Of a stretch of 64,000 nucleotides of DNA, positions 1-12,427 are shown in pieces. A model generated the notes under the pieces. The model saw only the letters and a list, made by a program, of their open reading frames with translations, was not told the origin of the DNA and searched no databases. The stretch is from Microbotryum violaceum. Taxonomy: Eukaryota. Made by a program: the position numbers and the translations under genes. The first letter of the stretch is position 1; each line of letters begins with the position of its first letter. The DNA is taken from positions 2,108,001-2,172,000 of the forward strand of contig CDLV01000004.1 in NCBI GenBank assembly GCA_001244265.2, written 5' to 3'.

Positions 1-599
1 ACGGACACTTCAAACGTCTCACGTGCAATCGGAACAGCAGCTCCACCAAATGACCGGCGAAGTCACGAGGTTAGATAAGGAGCTCCGGAAAGCCCAGAAT
101 GATCTCGAGGAGACTTTGGCGGTCAATGCGTCCCTGAACAAGTGAGTCAGTAGCAGAAGATGCGGTACCGCCTATAGGCTTGAGTTGGATGTTGACCATG
201 CTTGATTTCTGCAAAAGAGAGCTCACGTCAGCTCTGAAGAATACTGGCTCGTCGACCCGCGGCTCGCCGGGCGCCGACGAGATGGGCCGCCTCGAAGCCG
301 AACTGACACAGTGCGTCCTCAAAAATCTTGTGCTCCCGACACTTTCGCACTGATGGCGCTGAGCACGGTTGAGTTCTCAGGGCTCAGAACAAGGCGGAAT
401 GGCTGAAACGCGAGAACGCTCAACTCGAGACGAGATGTCGAACTGCGTGAGTCTCGCGAGCGGCGGCTGTCTGGCTGTTTTGATGTGAGGCCACCCGGCT
501 AATGTCCTCGAGTTTTGCAGTGAATCGAAGATCAGCATCTTATTGGACCATCTCGAGGGTACACCGGCCGAAGCATCCGAGGGCGCAGGGTCAAAGTAG
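1..599 (+). CDS. 3' end of a spliced coiled-coil protein gene, probably Tea1/Kel1-like cell-polarity protein (partial)
   Basis: Exons joined across GT-AG introns at about 142-217, 311-380 and 447-520 read ...LDKELRKAQNDLEETLAVNASLNKELTSALK...AQNKAEWLKRENAQLETRCRTAESKISILLDHLEG...*, with TAG at 597-599. The heptad pattern resembles basidiomycete kelch/Tea1 C-termini; product is by recall only. Confidence 0.5.
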
Positions 600-1046
600 C
601 GTCCTTTGAATTCTCAGGACGGGATTCCCCAAGGAAGTGACTGCAGCGGAGAGGTGGGCCAAGAGGGATGGAGCTTGTATTGTCACGTCACGTTCACGAC
701 CCAGAATGATATATTCACGAAGTGGTCACTGTTCATCCACATACTAGCCAGAGGTCTTTAACAATCTGTAGTACCAGCGCGAGATCTGCGATAACACCAT
801 CGGCGGGACGATGGATAACTCGGCTGAAAGGCGCTTTCGGTCGGACCAGAAGGTGAAGCCGGGCAAGGTGGGCGATGCCGAAGGCGCGGAGAACAGAAGC
901 CAGCATTATCGGCTGAGGCCCCGAGTGGAACCAAATTCAATAGGCCACCTTGTTCTACTGAATGTACGGCGGGTCGAAGCAGTGTCTGCCTTGTGTGAAG
1001 TCGGTAGCCGCTTGAGGCAGGGTCGGGCGAAACGATTGTCGAAGCC

Positions 1047-1724
1047 TCATAAGCCCCCACCAAGTTTCCCGGAGCTGCTGTTCGTGCCGGCAGATGCTAC
1101 AACGATCCGAGGTCGGACCCCTATGGCTGCGCATACTGCACGGTACTTGACACGTTGGTTGTTCAGCATCGCTGTCGTATCGACCTCAGACGCCTCTACC
1201 GGAGGCGACGAGTTGTTCCGGAACGGGAAGCTCGCCGACAGGAGAAGAATATGTCGGAGGTTGGTTGTTGCGCTGAATGCGAAGTTGAGGAGGAAGCAAT
1301 CCCCGGAGAAAACCTCTCACCACATCTTCAGTTCGCTTTCCTTTCCATTGAGTTGTGTGAACGCAGAGAAGCGTAGAAGGAGCCTAACCCACCGAGTCGG
1401 TCCCTTTTCCTGTGCAGCCAGCAAGTGTGCCCATACGAGAGCGAAGCCATGGTAGTAGCCAACCTCTTCGCCGAGTTGCCACGCGTGGTCTTTGCCGATC
1501 GATCGCCCCTCGAACAAGCCATGCAAACGGCCGTGGACGACGCCGCCTTGAAAGCCATTGTGGAAGAAGGACTGCTCGAGATTGATGATACTTGACCCCA
1601 GATCCGAAACCAGCGCCGCTTCGATCCCGTCAGTAGATGGGGTCGTAGCCTTATGTGGTGGCGGTGGTGGATGTGAAATGACCCGGCGACCTGTAACCGC
1701 TGACGACCGTACGAAGTGACTCAT
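1047..1724 (-). CDS. LTO1: LTO1/ORAOV1 family protein (Yae1-Lto1 complex, DUF1715/Yae1_N), two exons
   Basis: Exon 1 has INLEQSFFHNGFQGGVVHGRLHGLFEGRSIGKDHAWQLGEEVGYYHGF (GX3 repeat). After one intron (about 1273-1393), exon 2 ends RVKYRAVCAAIGVRPRI...GGGL*, with TGA at 1047-1049. Confidence 0.85.
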
Positions 1725-2042
1725 CGAGGCGCGATGGAGCAGAGATGGCGAGGCCGGTCGTCCAAGTGCCACGTTGGATCGGCCTCTCGCTCGAACTCGC
1801 CAGACGGGGAGCACGACTTCGTTCGTAATCGAGGCCTTCGAGGCGAAAGCACTACGGCAAGGTTACGAGGGTAAGAAGCAGACTGCAATAATCTGCAGTG
1901 GCACGGTCGGCCAGATCGAGGCCAAGCTTGGCCAAGGTCCCCCTTTTTTTTGGGGGGGGGGTATCCTTAAATCCTTTACTACCTCTATGTATAAAAATAA
2001 AAAAGGTGAGTTAAGGAATGTACCTAAAATCGCTGTTTTTAA

Positions 2043-2260
2043 CTAGGTTGCGGCCTGGAGGGCCGCCTGTGGTGGGTGTACCAGCATACTGTTGTGTCTG
2101 CCGCACCTGCCTGTGGTGTTGGGGTTCCGATCAGAAGTCATGTACAAGCGCTGTGGTGACTTTTGTATTTTCCGCGCCGTTCCAACGAAGCTACAGCGCT
2201 CCCAGTATTTTCCTTCTTTTCTTCGCTGACATAAACCAATGCTTCCACTCATATTGCATT
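2043..2260 (-). mobile_element. Helitron 3'-terminal fragment (hairpin plus CTAG)
   Basis: Minus strand ends GCGGCC-ctcca-GGCCGC-aac-CTAG|T, the canonical Helitron 3' hairpin and CTRR. The upstream limit is approximate. Confidence 0.55.
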
Positions 2261-2532
2261 TAATGAACCGCAAGCGCGTGGCTTTGCATGATATTGCTTC
2301 TACAGCAGAGCTCTGCCTGACGCGCGAGGCAAGGGCTGGCGTTGGTCACGTGATGCGGTGCGCCGGCGGTGTCAGTGTCATTCCGGCAGTCGACCAGCGG
2401 CATTAGGGGCTGAACAACAAATCAAACCACGTAAATAATCCTGCGCCACTCCCTCGAACCTTTCCTTTCTCCCTCCCACTCTCATCCAATCTTAGTGACA
2501 CTCATTCAAGAACAAACCTTCGCTACTGTGTA

Positions 2533-4294
2533 ATGCCCCGGTCCCAAGGTCGCCAGGGAGGGTCATCGCAACCTCGCCAAGTCTTTGGGCGCGAGGGTGG
2601 CAGCGTACCATGGGCCTGCTCGAGCGCCCGCTGCTGGGCGCCCCGCGGCTCGACCCTCCTCTTCGTCCCGCACCGATTAACAGAATCAGCCCCCCGGCGC
2701 GTCATGACAACAATTCAACCGACCTTGGCATTGCGACACGTATACGAGCCCGCCGTGCAGCTGTGCAGAACGGACAGCGTCGCCAGCGCGATGGCCAACT
2801 CGACGCTGGGCTCGCCCCACCACCACCACCTCCGCAAAGGCGAGTGCGCCGGGCTCGAATCGCGCTCAAACCCCTCAAGCCCCACGTTTCGATCCGCGAC
2901 GACCTCGGCCCGCAGACGGCCGTGTGCACCCACTGCAAGGCTCAGCACTGGGAACTAGGAGCCACCGTGTTTCGCGTGTTTGGTCGCCTCTACCATCGAC
3001 TCGGCGCCCTGATCCCTGCCGTGAATCAATGCCCAGCCTTTGCTCAAACATGGCTGATCAACCCGGCCGAGGCCACCGACACTCGACTTGGACCCGACGG
3101 CGCAGACAGTCACATGCAACGATCTACTTTGACCAAGCTCGAGTCCATGTTGCGTACCAAGAATCACTTTGTGAGGGAGTTCGCATCGGCCAAAGCTCGC
3201 GCAGGTTGGGATACGACCAAAGAGTGGATCCTGCGCCTCTGCCTCCCGCCAGGCCGGGACCGACGCACCCACAACCCTCCTACGTCGAGCACGGAAATGG
3301 CGATGCTTATCTGCGGTTCCGACACCAACACCGGAGATCGTGGACCGCAAGACCTTATTCTCCAGGTGCACGGTGATCGATGTCCCGATGGTCGGCCCAA
3401 GTACCAAACCGTTAGCTCGCTCCATCCGTCTGCGATGTCTCTCCGGTACCCACTACTCTTCCCCGCGGGGCAAGATGGCTTCCACCCCAACATTCCTCTT
3501 TGCGGTTTGATCAGGTTGGGCCACTCTTCGCCAAAAGGCCGCAACAAAGAAGGTGAGGACGAGGAGGAAGGGGACGAAAAGAACGGTGATGGTGAACATA
3601 AGCATCTTTGGCTCCTCCTCGGGTGTTCCCATTCTGTTAAGGCGCGAGCACAGACTGATATTGAATGTTTGAACACCTACGACGAAGGTCAAGTAAAGGG
3701 GGTCAAGGTGGTGAGTCTCGCGTTCACAAATCCGTTGCGTTCTACTTGCACAAACGCGACAAGCCCGCATGGCACTCGACGTCCCTTCCCGGCGTTCGTG
3801 ATCGAAAGATACTCCCAGGATGAGGCTGATCGACTCAACTACATCCAGTTGCATTAAGAAAACCTACGCCTCACCACGACCTAAGGCATCAACGGCTTAA
3901 CCCCGGACCAAATTGGACGTTCGATGACTTTGGGCTCGATTTTCAAGAATAGACCGCGCGACATCATGCAGCGATACCAGGATGCGATGGCGTGCGTTGT
4001 CAAACATGGAAAGCCTCCGCTGCTCATCACGATGACGTGCGTTCCTGAATCACCGCAAACCAAGGCTGCACTGGGGCCGAACGACAAAGCATGCAACCGT
4101 CCGGATCTCATTGCACGAGTGTTTGAAGCCAAGTCTGGCAGCAAGCGACATGCAGGCTGTTTTGGCGATGAATGTAGGATAAATGAATTTTGTTTCTTCT
4201 TCGTATTGGGGTTTTTAACCTGAAATCGCGTAGACTGTACAATTATCCTGCTATTTGAATTTCATCCTCCGTTAATTTAACGGGTTCCCACTGG
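2533..4294 (+). mobile_element. Internally deleted Helitron (family A): N-terminal and partial Rep region, no helicase
   Basis: Translations include CTHCKAQHWE, LRYPLLFPAGQDGFHP, QRYQDAMACVVKHGKPPLLITMTC and RPDLIARVF. The 3' end has a CCGTTAA/TTAACGG hairpin then CTGG|T at 4291-4295. Highly similar to the copy at 27372-31650. 5' end not resolved. Confidence 0.9.
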
Positions 4295-4318
4295 TTTTTT
4301 TTAATAAAGAGGTAGTAA

Positions 4319-4941
4319 CTAGGTTCGGCGGCGCGCTCCGCGCGCCACCTCACATTGAAAATCAGCAGTTCTGTTACATTGTTGCAGATGACTACGGTTC
4401 TACGCTGCTTTCATCTATGTTTTCGGGAGTTCTTGCAGGATTGGACAGAAGTTCCGAGCTTTGATCATCGGCAGCCCCACCTTGCCGTCGTTGCAACATG
4501 CCCTGAATACTGGAGTGTCCCGTCCTCCCCAGCGTTCAAATTCCCAGTAGAAGGCGCTACACTTCCGACACAGAAGATCCTTTGCACCTAAGTCGTGTCG
4601 AGGGTAGGCTCCCGGCAGTGGACGCAGTGCAATCGGTGACTGTGCGGCGGTGGATGTCGCCGTGCGCGAACTGAACGCGCTTCCGGAGGTTCCGGACTGT
4701 GAGGTCATCGCTGCGGGATAGAGTTGACAGCGGGCGTTGGCTGGGGTGGAGGTGATTGATTGATAGAATCGTTTTGCTGCCTTTCCCTGAGTCTCCGCAA
4801 TTGTTGTGCCCTAGATCTTCTGGAAGTAGAATGATTCGTCGACGTTGATGCGGTAGAGGCAGAGTTCGGCGAAGAACTGTGTGGGACCGGACCGGAACGG
4901 AGCAAAATGGCCACGCGCGCGAACCCGCTTAAGGATTCGCC
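4319..4941 (-). mobile_element. Short deleted Helitron (family B), 5' end cut by an AcademH terminus
   Basis: Helitron N-terminal Zn motif HDLGAKDLLCRKCSAFYWEFER...FRACCNDGKVGLP. The 3' hairpin GGCGCGC-gga-GCGCGCC is followed by CTAG|T ending at 4319. Confidence 0.8.
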
Positions 4942-5484
4942 TAAGCTCGACGCCCCTCCCTTTGGGAGGGGCTTGTGAGTTATCGGCGCGCTTGGCCCAG
5001 TTGCCCTCCGAGATTTTGGCCCTGAAAAGTGCCCCCTTGCTGTAGCATGGCATATATTGGTGCTATCTGAAAACTGGAAGGATACATCTCTACTTCATCA
5101 TTATTGATGAGGCTTCACCGAAGCTTGAAGTCTAGAAACGCTTGGTCATCTCGCTACAGCAGCTTGAATCAACTGATTCCGAACGAGACGCAGGTCGGCG
5201 CACGGACCAGTCGTAGTCCAGTCCGCGTCGAAGGCTGCATAGATCCAGGTCACTGAAGCCCGGCCGCGCCTCACGCATCCTCTCTCTCCACTCAACATCG
5301 CACCTCCCCTCATGATGAGCCATGTCGGTACAAACACCCAGGCCGGTTAGGGGACCGCCCGTCGACGTCCGTCAATTGAGTTCAGGGCGTCTCCTTTGCG
5401 ATCAGCTTCAAGGGCCAGTCCTACGACCCAGCACCGAATCATTCAACCAAACCGACAACCGTTCTCGGTCACTGGAGGCCACGT

Positions 5485-6133
5485 TTGACTCAGGAGGGCC
5501 GACGAGATTCCAGCGAATTACGCAAGAAGATCAAAGTTATTCTGGGCGAAAGTCTTGACGAGGACTCGACCCCCGGCCTGTGCAGATCGAAGCCATTGCT
5601 GCACTTTTCGAACTTGATCAATTTGCGAACCGCGATCGATATGACGCTGTGTTCGTCACAGCGTCAACAGGTTCAGGCAAAAGTGTTATTTTCGAAGCAA
5701 TGTATCTCATTTATGGACGCCGGGCCGTCACCATTGTTGTCAGTCCACTGAATGCACTGAGCAATCATCAGGTGAGTTTTTCTGCCGACTGGGCTTGCTG
5801 GACCGACATCCGTGCTGATTTCCGCGGTCATATGCTTCTTTCAGGCTGCCAATCTCAATCGAAAGGGAAAGAAAGCGGTTGTGGTATCTGAGGAGACCTG
5901 GAGAGATGGCGAGCTGTACAGGCAGTTGGACGACCCCAGTCACACGATCTCCTTCATTCTGATCGTATGTGCCGATTGACCTCCTGTTTGAGTGAAGTGC
6001 AGATGTGTTGATTTTCCTTCCTGTTTGCTGCGTGTCAAGTCTCCTGAAATGCATATCAACAATGCAGCTTGGGCAAAGTTGATCTCTAAGGAGTCCTTTT
6101 GAGAGCATGTCAAGTTGCCCGTCTATGACGAGG
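5485..6133 (+). pseudogene. RecQ-like SF2 helicase, N-terminal fragment (AcademH helicase)
   Basis: QIEAI...VFVTASTGSGKS (motif I), IVVSPLNAL (Ia), ISPE, ending at VYDE (motif II). Has introns, a frameshift and an in-frame stop, and is truncated at about 6133. Confidence 0.8.
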
Positions 6134-7097
6134 ACAGGGGGTGGTGTGCATCGAGGACCGCGAAGACCGAGGCCAAGATGAGGAACCAGTCGAGCAAGCG
6201 CTCGATATATCTGGGCTTTGATCACAGTTGTAGATGACGAGTCGAATTGGGAAGTTGGGAGGAGATGCTGGAGATTGACTCGCGGCAAAGACGCTTGATG
6301 TGCAGAGTAGGCTCGAAGGTTGTAAGTGCCGGCAATATCTCCGTTCTGAATGTGGGCGTAACCAAAAGTTCCATGAAGCAGCTCGGTTCGTCGATCCAAT
6401 TGCTGATCGTCGACGTGATGTGTGACGTTAATGTTGTCGACGGTCACATGGAAGTACTTGTTCGAGCCAATCTCCTTCAGTTTCATCGAATTCGCCTTCG
6501 TCAAGCTCGCAGCTGCCTGGAGAGTCGCCCAGCGAGATGTCGTCAAGCCGCAATCGTACAGAAATGTTGTCAATCGGTCGTTCGCTCCACATGCGAGAGT
6601 CATGAGACCGTTGCGATGCTGCATGGCGTTGTTCCTTCGGTTGCAAGCGAATTGCGATCTGACCCATGACACTGCGGTAAAGCTGCGGCCAGCGTGTTGA
6701 TCTTTGGTGTCAGTTCGCTGCGATACCCAGCCGAGCTAGGGTCAGAAACACTCACAAACTCGATACGCCTTTTTTCGTGACCAGGCTCTTGCTCTTGCTC
6801 TGGATCGGAACCATTCTCCGGGGTGGCTTCTTTCATCTCGACATCAGTGGAGGCTGTTGGGTCCTTGTCGCAATTGATTGGCTCAGCCGGTGGTGGGTCT
6901 CCGCATTGTGATAGCAAGTTACGAATCCGTCCGCTGATAAAAAGGGTTGTCTTCGGCGATTGCATCGAGCCGGGCGTCGATGTAATCGGATGCGAGGACT
7001 TCGGGAGTCAAGTCATGACTAGCGACGAAGGCCGACTTGGTTCGCTTCATCTCTTTGATGATGATCGAGTCGGCCTGCACGCGGATAAGGCAAGTAT
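6134..7097 (-). pseudogene. Academ-type transposase fragment (DUF6589-like)
   Basis: RNNAMQHRNGLMTLACGANDRLTTFLYDCGLTTS...FHVTVDNINV...LLHGTFGYAH matches the fungal DUF6589 N-terminal signature. Frameshifted and truncated at both ends. Confidence 0.65.
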
Positions 7098-10000
7098 TCA
7101 GTAGCTTTTTCGAATCCGGAGAATCAATCCGAGAAGTAATCCCGCATCTTGTCCCGTCATCCTCGCTATCGCCTGCTGCCTACGGCTCAGCAACCTCAAC
7201 CCTGACATACATCGCCAATTCGATCTCTGAGGAACAGATGTCTCACTTGATTCATCTTACATCGGCGTACAAGATGTGGGACACCCTCCGTGGTCTCCAC
7301 TCTCACGGTCGCCCGAGTCGCACTATGGACCTCCTCAACACTCTAGCGCAACCTTACTCTGGGATATTCCTTTTAAGGAATTCGTCAACAAGGTCAAGAT
7401 CGCCATGACCGATTTTCAGAACCTCGGAGCTCCGCTTCCGCATTGGCTGTTTGCAGGCATGCTCGTTCGGTCGCTCCCAGCCCAGTATGACTCGATTGTT
7501 GGGAACCTTGCCTCCGACATCGACATCCACATGGATTGGAACACGTTCTATCCGAAACTCCTGATGAACGTCGAAATGGCTGATTCCCGAAACAAACAAA
7601 AGGAATCGTTATCCGCTCGGATTGTTGACGATACTAGCCTCGTCGCCCGTATTTCCACCACGGCGCAAAAGGACTACTCCAAGTCGTATTGTTCGCGCTG
7701 CAAAGCACTGGGACACGAGCGTGGTTGGCGTCTCTGTCCAAGCAGGAACAAGGATGCGAGCGCTCCCGCTTCCTCGGACTCAAATTCGAACGTAGCTGCC
7801 ATTGGTGTAGATGAATCTGCATTGATGACCTACACTTTCCCCTATTCGCGAACGGTGCCACGTTTTCCATGGATCATTGACTCGGGTGCTAAGGTCCATT
7901 GCGTTGGAGACAAGTCGGTCCTATCGGACGTTGTCTCTGAGCCTCTCAAAATTTCTGTCGCCGATCAATCTCAAATCGAATCTCCCGGTCATGGCTCAGT
8001 GACGTTTCTTACCTCATATGGCGCTCGTATCACCATTAAGAGGGTCTACTACCTGCCCGGTGCTCAATGCGGTTTTATCTCCATCGACCGTCTGTTGGAA
8101 TCGATGACGTACGCTGTTGGTCCCCAAAGCAATCTCATTTTCAGCATCCGCGGCAAGTCGATTCTGCGCTCGCTTCCTGGTCGGGGTTTGTCATGGATGC
8201 AGCTCCCGTTCAGCCTATCATGTCATCTTCACCGCCTTCAATGGTCGGAGCCAATCGTCTCACTGGAACCTGTACGTTGATGGAAGCACATCGGAAGTTG
8301 GGCCATCAATCTCCTGCGGCGATCGTTTTGGCCGTCAAATCCGGGGCTATCACTGGCATCACTCTGAAGGACGAAAAGGTTACTCCTTGCTTCTCGTGCA
8401 TCCAGGCCAAGTCAAAGCGATCACCCTTCTCCAACAAGAGTACCGAAGCGCCTCATGCACTCTACCGCGTCTTCATCGATCTCGGGTTTGTCGAACATCC
8501 CAATCACCATGGCGATACTATCTATCTCGCTATCGTGGATCAGTATTCGACGGCTAAATGGACAATCGTGCTAAAGGACAAGAGGGCTGAGACAATTATC
8601 AACGCATGGTCGAAATTTCAAGCCGAGTCCGAGCGTCAAACGGGTCAGAAAATCAAGAGGGTCAGATCGGACAATGGTCGTGAATTTGACAACTCATTGT
8701 TCCGGGCTCTTCTTGAAAAGCATGGCATCATCGTGGAATTCACGGCCCCCTATACTCCGGAGCAAAATGGTCAAGTAGAGCGACTCAATGGATCTCTCAT
8801 GGGTCTTGTTTGATCAATGCTCCTCGACTCCGGTCTTCCCATGCGATTCTGGTCAGATGCTCTGGCCGTCGCGACATTTGTTCTCAATCGTCGACCACAT
8901 CCTCGTATTCAAGGAAAAACGGCAATCGAAGTTCTTCCCGGCAAGAAGCCTAGTCTTGCTCATCTTCAGCCAGTCGGATCTACGGCGTTTGTCCACGTTC
9001 CCAAGGAGCGTCGCTCCAAGCTTGCACCTCGCTCCATTCAGGGAGTTTTCATCGGGTACTCCGGTGAATACAACTACCGTGTCTGGGTCCAATCGTCGAA
9101 ACAGGTCTACGTTTCGCGTCACGTCACATTCCTTGAGACTCCTTCCATCGTCACTTCGTCTCAAGATCGTGCGGAAGCTTCTGATCCCGTTCATCATTCT
9201 CAACCTCCTCATCCTCCTCATCCTCCGCCAGATGTGTTGCCGTCTACACCAACTTCACCTGTTGTGGATCCAACTTTGCCGGATCCACAGCCTCCTCCGG
9301 TGGTTCCAATTGGAGTTGGTCAACAGGGGGGTATCTTGCATTCGTTCCTTGTAAGGAAACAACAATGATGGACTCGACGATGGACCTGATAACTATCATG
9401 ACGCAGAAGAACCACTCGACGGTGAGGCGGAAGTCGCTCTTGCTCCTCGTGAAGGTTACGCCATCATTCGCACTGGTCCAAATCCTGGCCAATTCGAGAA
9501 TGTTGATCCTTCCAACATCCTTCCTGCTGGTTCTTGTCGTTGACCTCAACCTCCGGAAAATAGACTTCCCATCATTTCGGCTATCATGGTCGATGCCTTG
9601 GATACTCCACCCATGTTCCACGACAAGCTTTCCTACGATGCCTACTGTGCTGCCGTGTTCGCCGAAGAAGACATCGAGATACCCAAGACATTCGAGGAAG
9701 CCATGAAGTCACCCTATCGCAACCATTGGAGTGCGGCAATGGTCTCAGAACTTCTACAATTCGATCATCATGGAGTCTTTCAGGAAGTCATGTGGCACGA
9801 AGGAATTCGGGTACTCGGCACGATCTGGGTCTACAGTATCAAGCGCGATGCAAACGGCAAAATCATTCGTTTCAAAGCTCGTCTCGTTGCTCAAGGATTT
9901 GCTCAACGCCCAGGCATCGACTACCATGACACCTACGTTCCTGACGCTCGTTCTTCGACGATTTTGTTCTTGATTGCTCTGGCTGCTGCTCAGGGCCTGT

Positions 10001-11422
10001 ATCTCGAACAGTTCGATTTCGACTGCGCCTTTCTCAACGGCAAGATGACCAAGGATGTCTATGTTCGATACCCAAAAGGATGGAATCGTCCTCAATCCCC
10101 TGGCAAGTGCCTCAAGCTCGTGGGTTCCATGTATGGCACCAAACAGGCGCCCCGTGAATGGTATCGAGCCGTCAACGATCTCATGGTGTCTCGAGGCTAC
10201 ATGAGGGCAACTGCCGATGCTTGCCTCTACATCAAACATTCGGGCACTTCGTTTGCTATCATCACTCTCTATGTTGACGACGGTCTCATTGCGTCCAACA
10301 ATCAGTCCTTCTTGGACTCCGAGCTCGGATCGCTTCACAAGGCCTTCCATCTCAAGCGTCTCGGACCCGTCTCCTACTTCCTGGGCTTCGAAATTCATCG
10401 CACCAAAGATTACATCCTCGTTCACCAAAGCAAGTATGTCCGCACTATGCTCGAGAAGTTCGATTTCGCTTCTCCATCCAAGCGCCGTGCAGTCACGCCC
10501 ATGGACGATCACCCCTCGCTTCGAATCGATGCTACTCCGTTTGCCGATGTGTCATTGTACCAATCGGCTGTGGGTTCCCTGCAGTACGCGTCCACTCGAT
10601 GTCGACCCGATATCGCGATTGCTGTTCGTGCCGTTGCTCAAAAGAACTCCTGTCCAACTGTCGACGATTGGGCTGCGGTCAAGCGTATATTTCGCTACCT
10701 CAACAGCACCATCGATTTGGGAATTCTTTATCGAAACAGTTCCACAACTCGATTGATGGTCTACTCCGATGCCTTGTTTGCGGATGACCCGGAATCTCGC
10801 AGATTGGTGGGAGCCTATGCATCAATGCTCGCTGGCGGCGTTATCTCCTGGCAGTCGAAGCAACAATCTATGATTGCTACATCCACTACCGAAGCCGAAA
10901 TCATCTCTGCATCCTCAGCCACTTGTGAAGCAATCTGGCTCCGTCATTTGGCTGGTGTGTCGGCATTCCACAAGCACAGCCTACTATTATTCAAGAGGAC
11001 AACGCCGCATGCATCCAGATTGCCAAGGATCCGGTCAATCACATGCAAACCAAGCACTTCGACATTGCTCATTTGTTCGTTCAAGAACGGGTTGCTTCTG
11101 GCGAGGTCGAACTTGAATACTGCCCTACCCACGTCAATGCCGCGGATATTATGACAAAGCCTTTGGGATTTCAACGCTTTGATCAACTTTGTGCGCTACT
11201 TGGAATGGTCTCGTTAGTCTCTTTGACCGGTGGGAGTGTTAGAAGTGGGGTCTGAGAGCCTAACTCATTGCTATTAGTCTTGGTTAATACTTTAGTCTGC
11301 GCGCGCGCCTATCTTTGTCTTTGCGTCTTTTTTTCCTTCTGGGTTCCTTCTCCACGCTATTCTTATCATCTCACTTGTGTATCTCGGAGCTGGTGGAGTA
11401 CCTCTTAGTCCTTGTTGCAACA
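7098..11422 (+). mobile_element. Ty1/Copia retrotransposon (Copia-1), 5'-truncated, degenerate
   Basis: gag Zn knuckle CSRCKALGHERGWRLC, protease WIIDSGA, integrase HRKLGH/RSDNGREF/PEQNGQVER, RT LYVDDGL and RNase H. Contains stops and frameshifts; 3' LTR present, 5' LTR absent. Confidence 0.95.
11237..11422 (+). repeat. Copia-1 3' LTR (186 bp, TG...CA)
   Basis: TGTTAGAAG...TTGCAACA, near-identical to the LTR at 63754-63942; the pol stop codon lies inside it. Confidence 0.95.
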
Positions 11423-12427
11423 AGAACAGCCTCGTGATCCTGACTCAATGATGTTTGTCCAGGTGTATACACCCCACTTTTCTGTCCATAGCTAACTCCG
11501 AGCTTCTGCCTTTACAATGCAACAGTAGTACATGTACCGGTGAGAGCACGCAACGGATTGGGTCACACGGCAGAGAGCACATGAAAGGCGCAGGTGTGAT
11601 TGGCATCAAAGTCACCTTTTTCTCAGCACCGGGACAGATATCATTGGTATATTGTCAAACTCATTCCTCGTTATCAAACTAGAATGAGTTCAGTCATACA
11701 CGAACATCCTGTCAGGGGTATTAAGTGCGTTTTCATGTATCTGAACTGTCGAGAATCCGATAATGTTGACGCAAACGTACAACTGTCTAAGTGGCTGCGT
11801 GGCTTAAAGTGGCCAAGACAACACCATTGAAAAGCACCGAAAAACAGATCGAGTATGGGACCAGATTAGCCTTCGTTCGAGTACACATTAGAGTGTGGGG
11901 GTAAATGGAGTCTGATAATTAGCAATGTGATCTCTGCTGAGATCTCAGGAAGTATCAACAAAGACCTGGCACGGACTTCGGGCAGCTGACTGGCCTGACT
12001 GCGCACGCTATAAACACCAAACGCAATGGCGGAAATTTGAAAGCGCACTAACTAAGCGCAGCCAAGAAGAATGCCTGCTTATCTTATCGCCAGCAGCAGA
12101 GAGCTTTCCTTCTGGATCTCTAGCTGACCTGTTAGACCTCCCGCTGTTGGCACTACTGCTGGGCAGTAACCTTTTCAAGCGGGCTAGATCGCATTTGTTG
12201 TGGGAAATTAGTAAAGGGTCAGCGGTCCAGAGGGACTTGTGGCATTGGGAAGTTGGCGCGCGCGTGGCGCGGCGCCGGATGGAGGCAGATGGCGGTGTGG
12301 CGTATTGATTGGACTCAGAGGTGGCTTGCACGCGGATACTATCTAAGGCTCTGGTCTCGTTCACTCTCTCCTTCTTCTTTAACACACACTCAATATCTAT
12401 CTCGCCCATTCGCCTGCTACAAGTTGA

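Larger units (their letters stand above)
4942..7097. mobile_element. AcademH-type DNA transposon remnant (left TIR plus convergent helicase and transposase fragments)
   Basis: Starts TAAGCTCGACGCCCCTCCC; about 285 bp matches in inverse the terminus at 32821-33104, which has a 9-bp TSD. RecQ-like helicase on + and DUF6589-like ORF on - fit the AcademH layout. Confidence 0.75.

Noticed and set aside
811-1455. 214-aa plus-strand ORF
   Set aside because: It is antisense to the spliced LTO1 gene and has no recognisable motifs.
5740-6133. C-terminal part of the 310-aa minus ORF as real protein
   Set aside because: It is read-through across a deletion junction into the antisense of the RecQ fragment.
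11423-12427. CACTA left TIR or a separate gene
   Set aside because: Several CAC-starting motifs occur but no partner end or TSD is in the window, and the ORFs have no recognisable domains.
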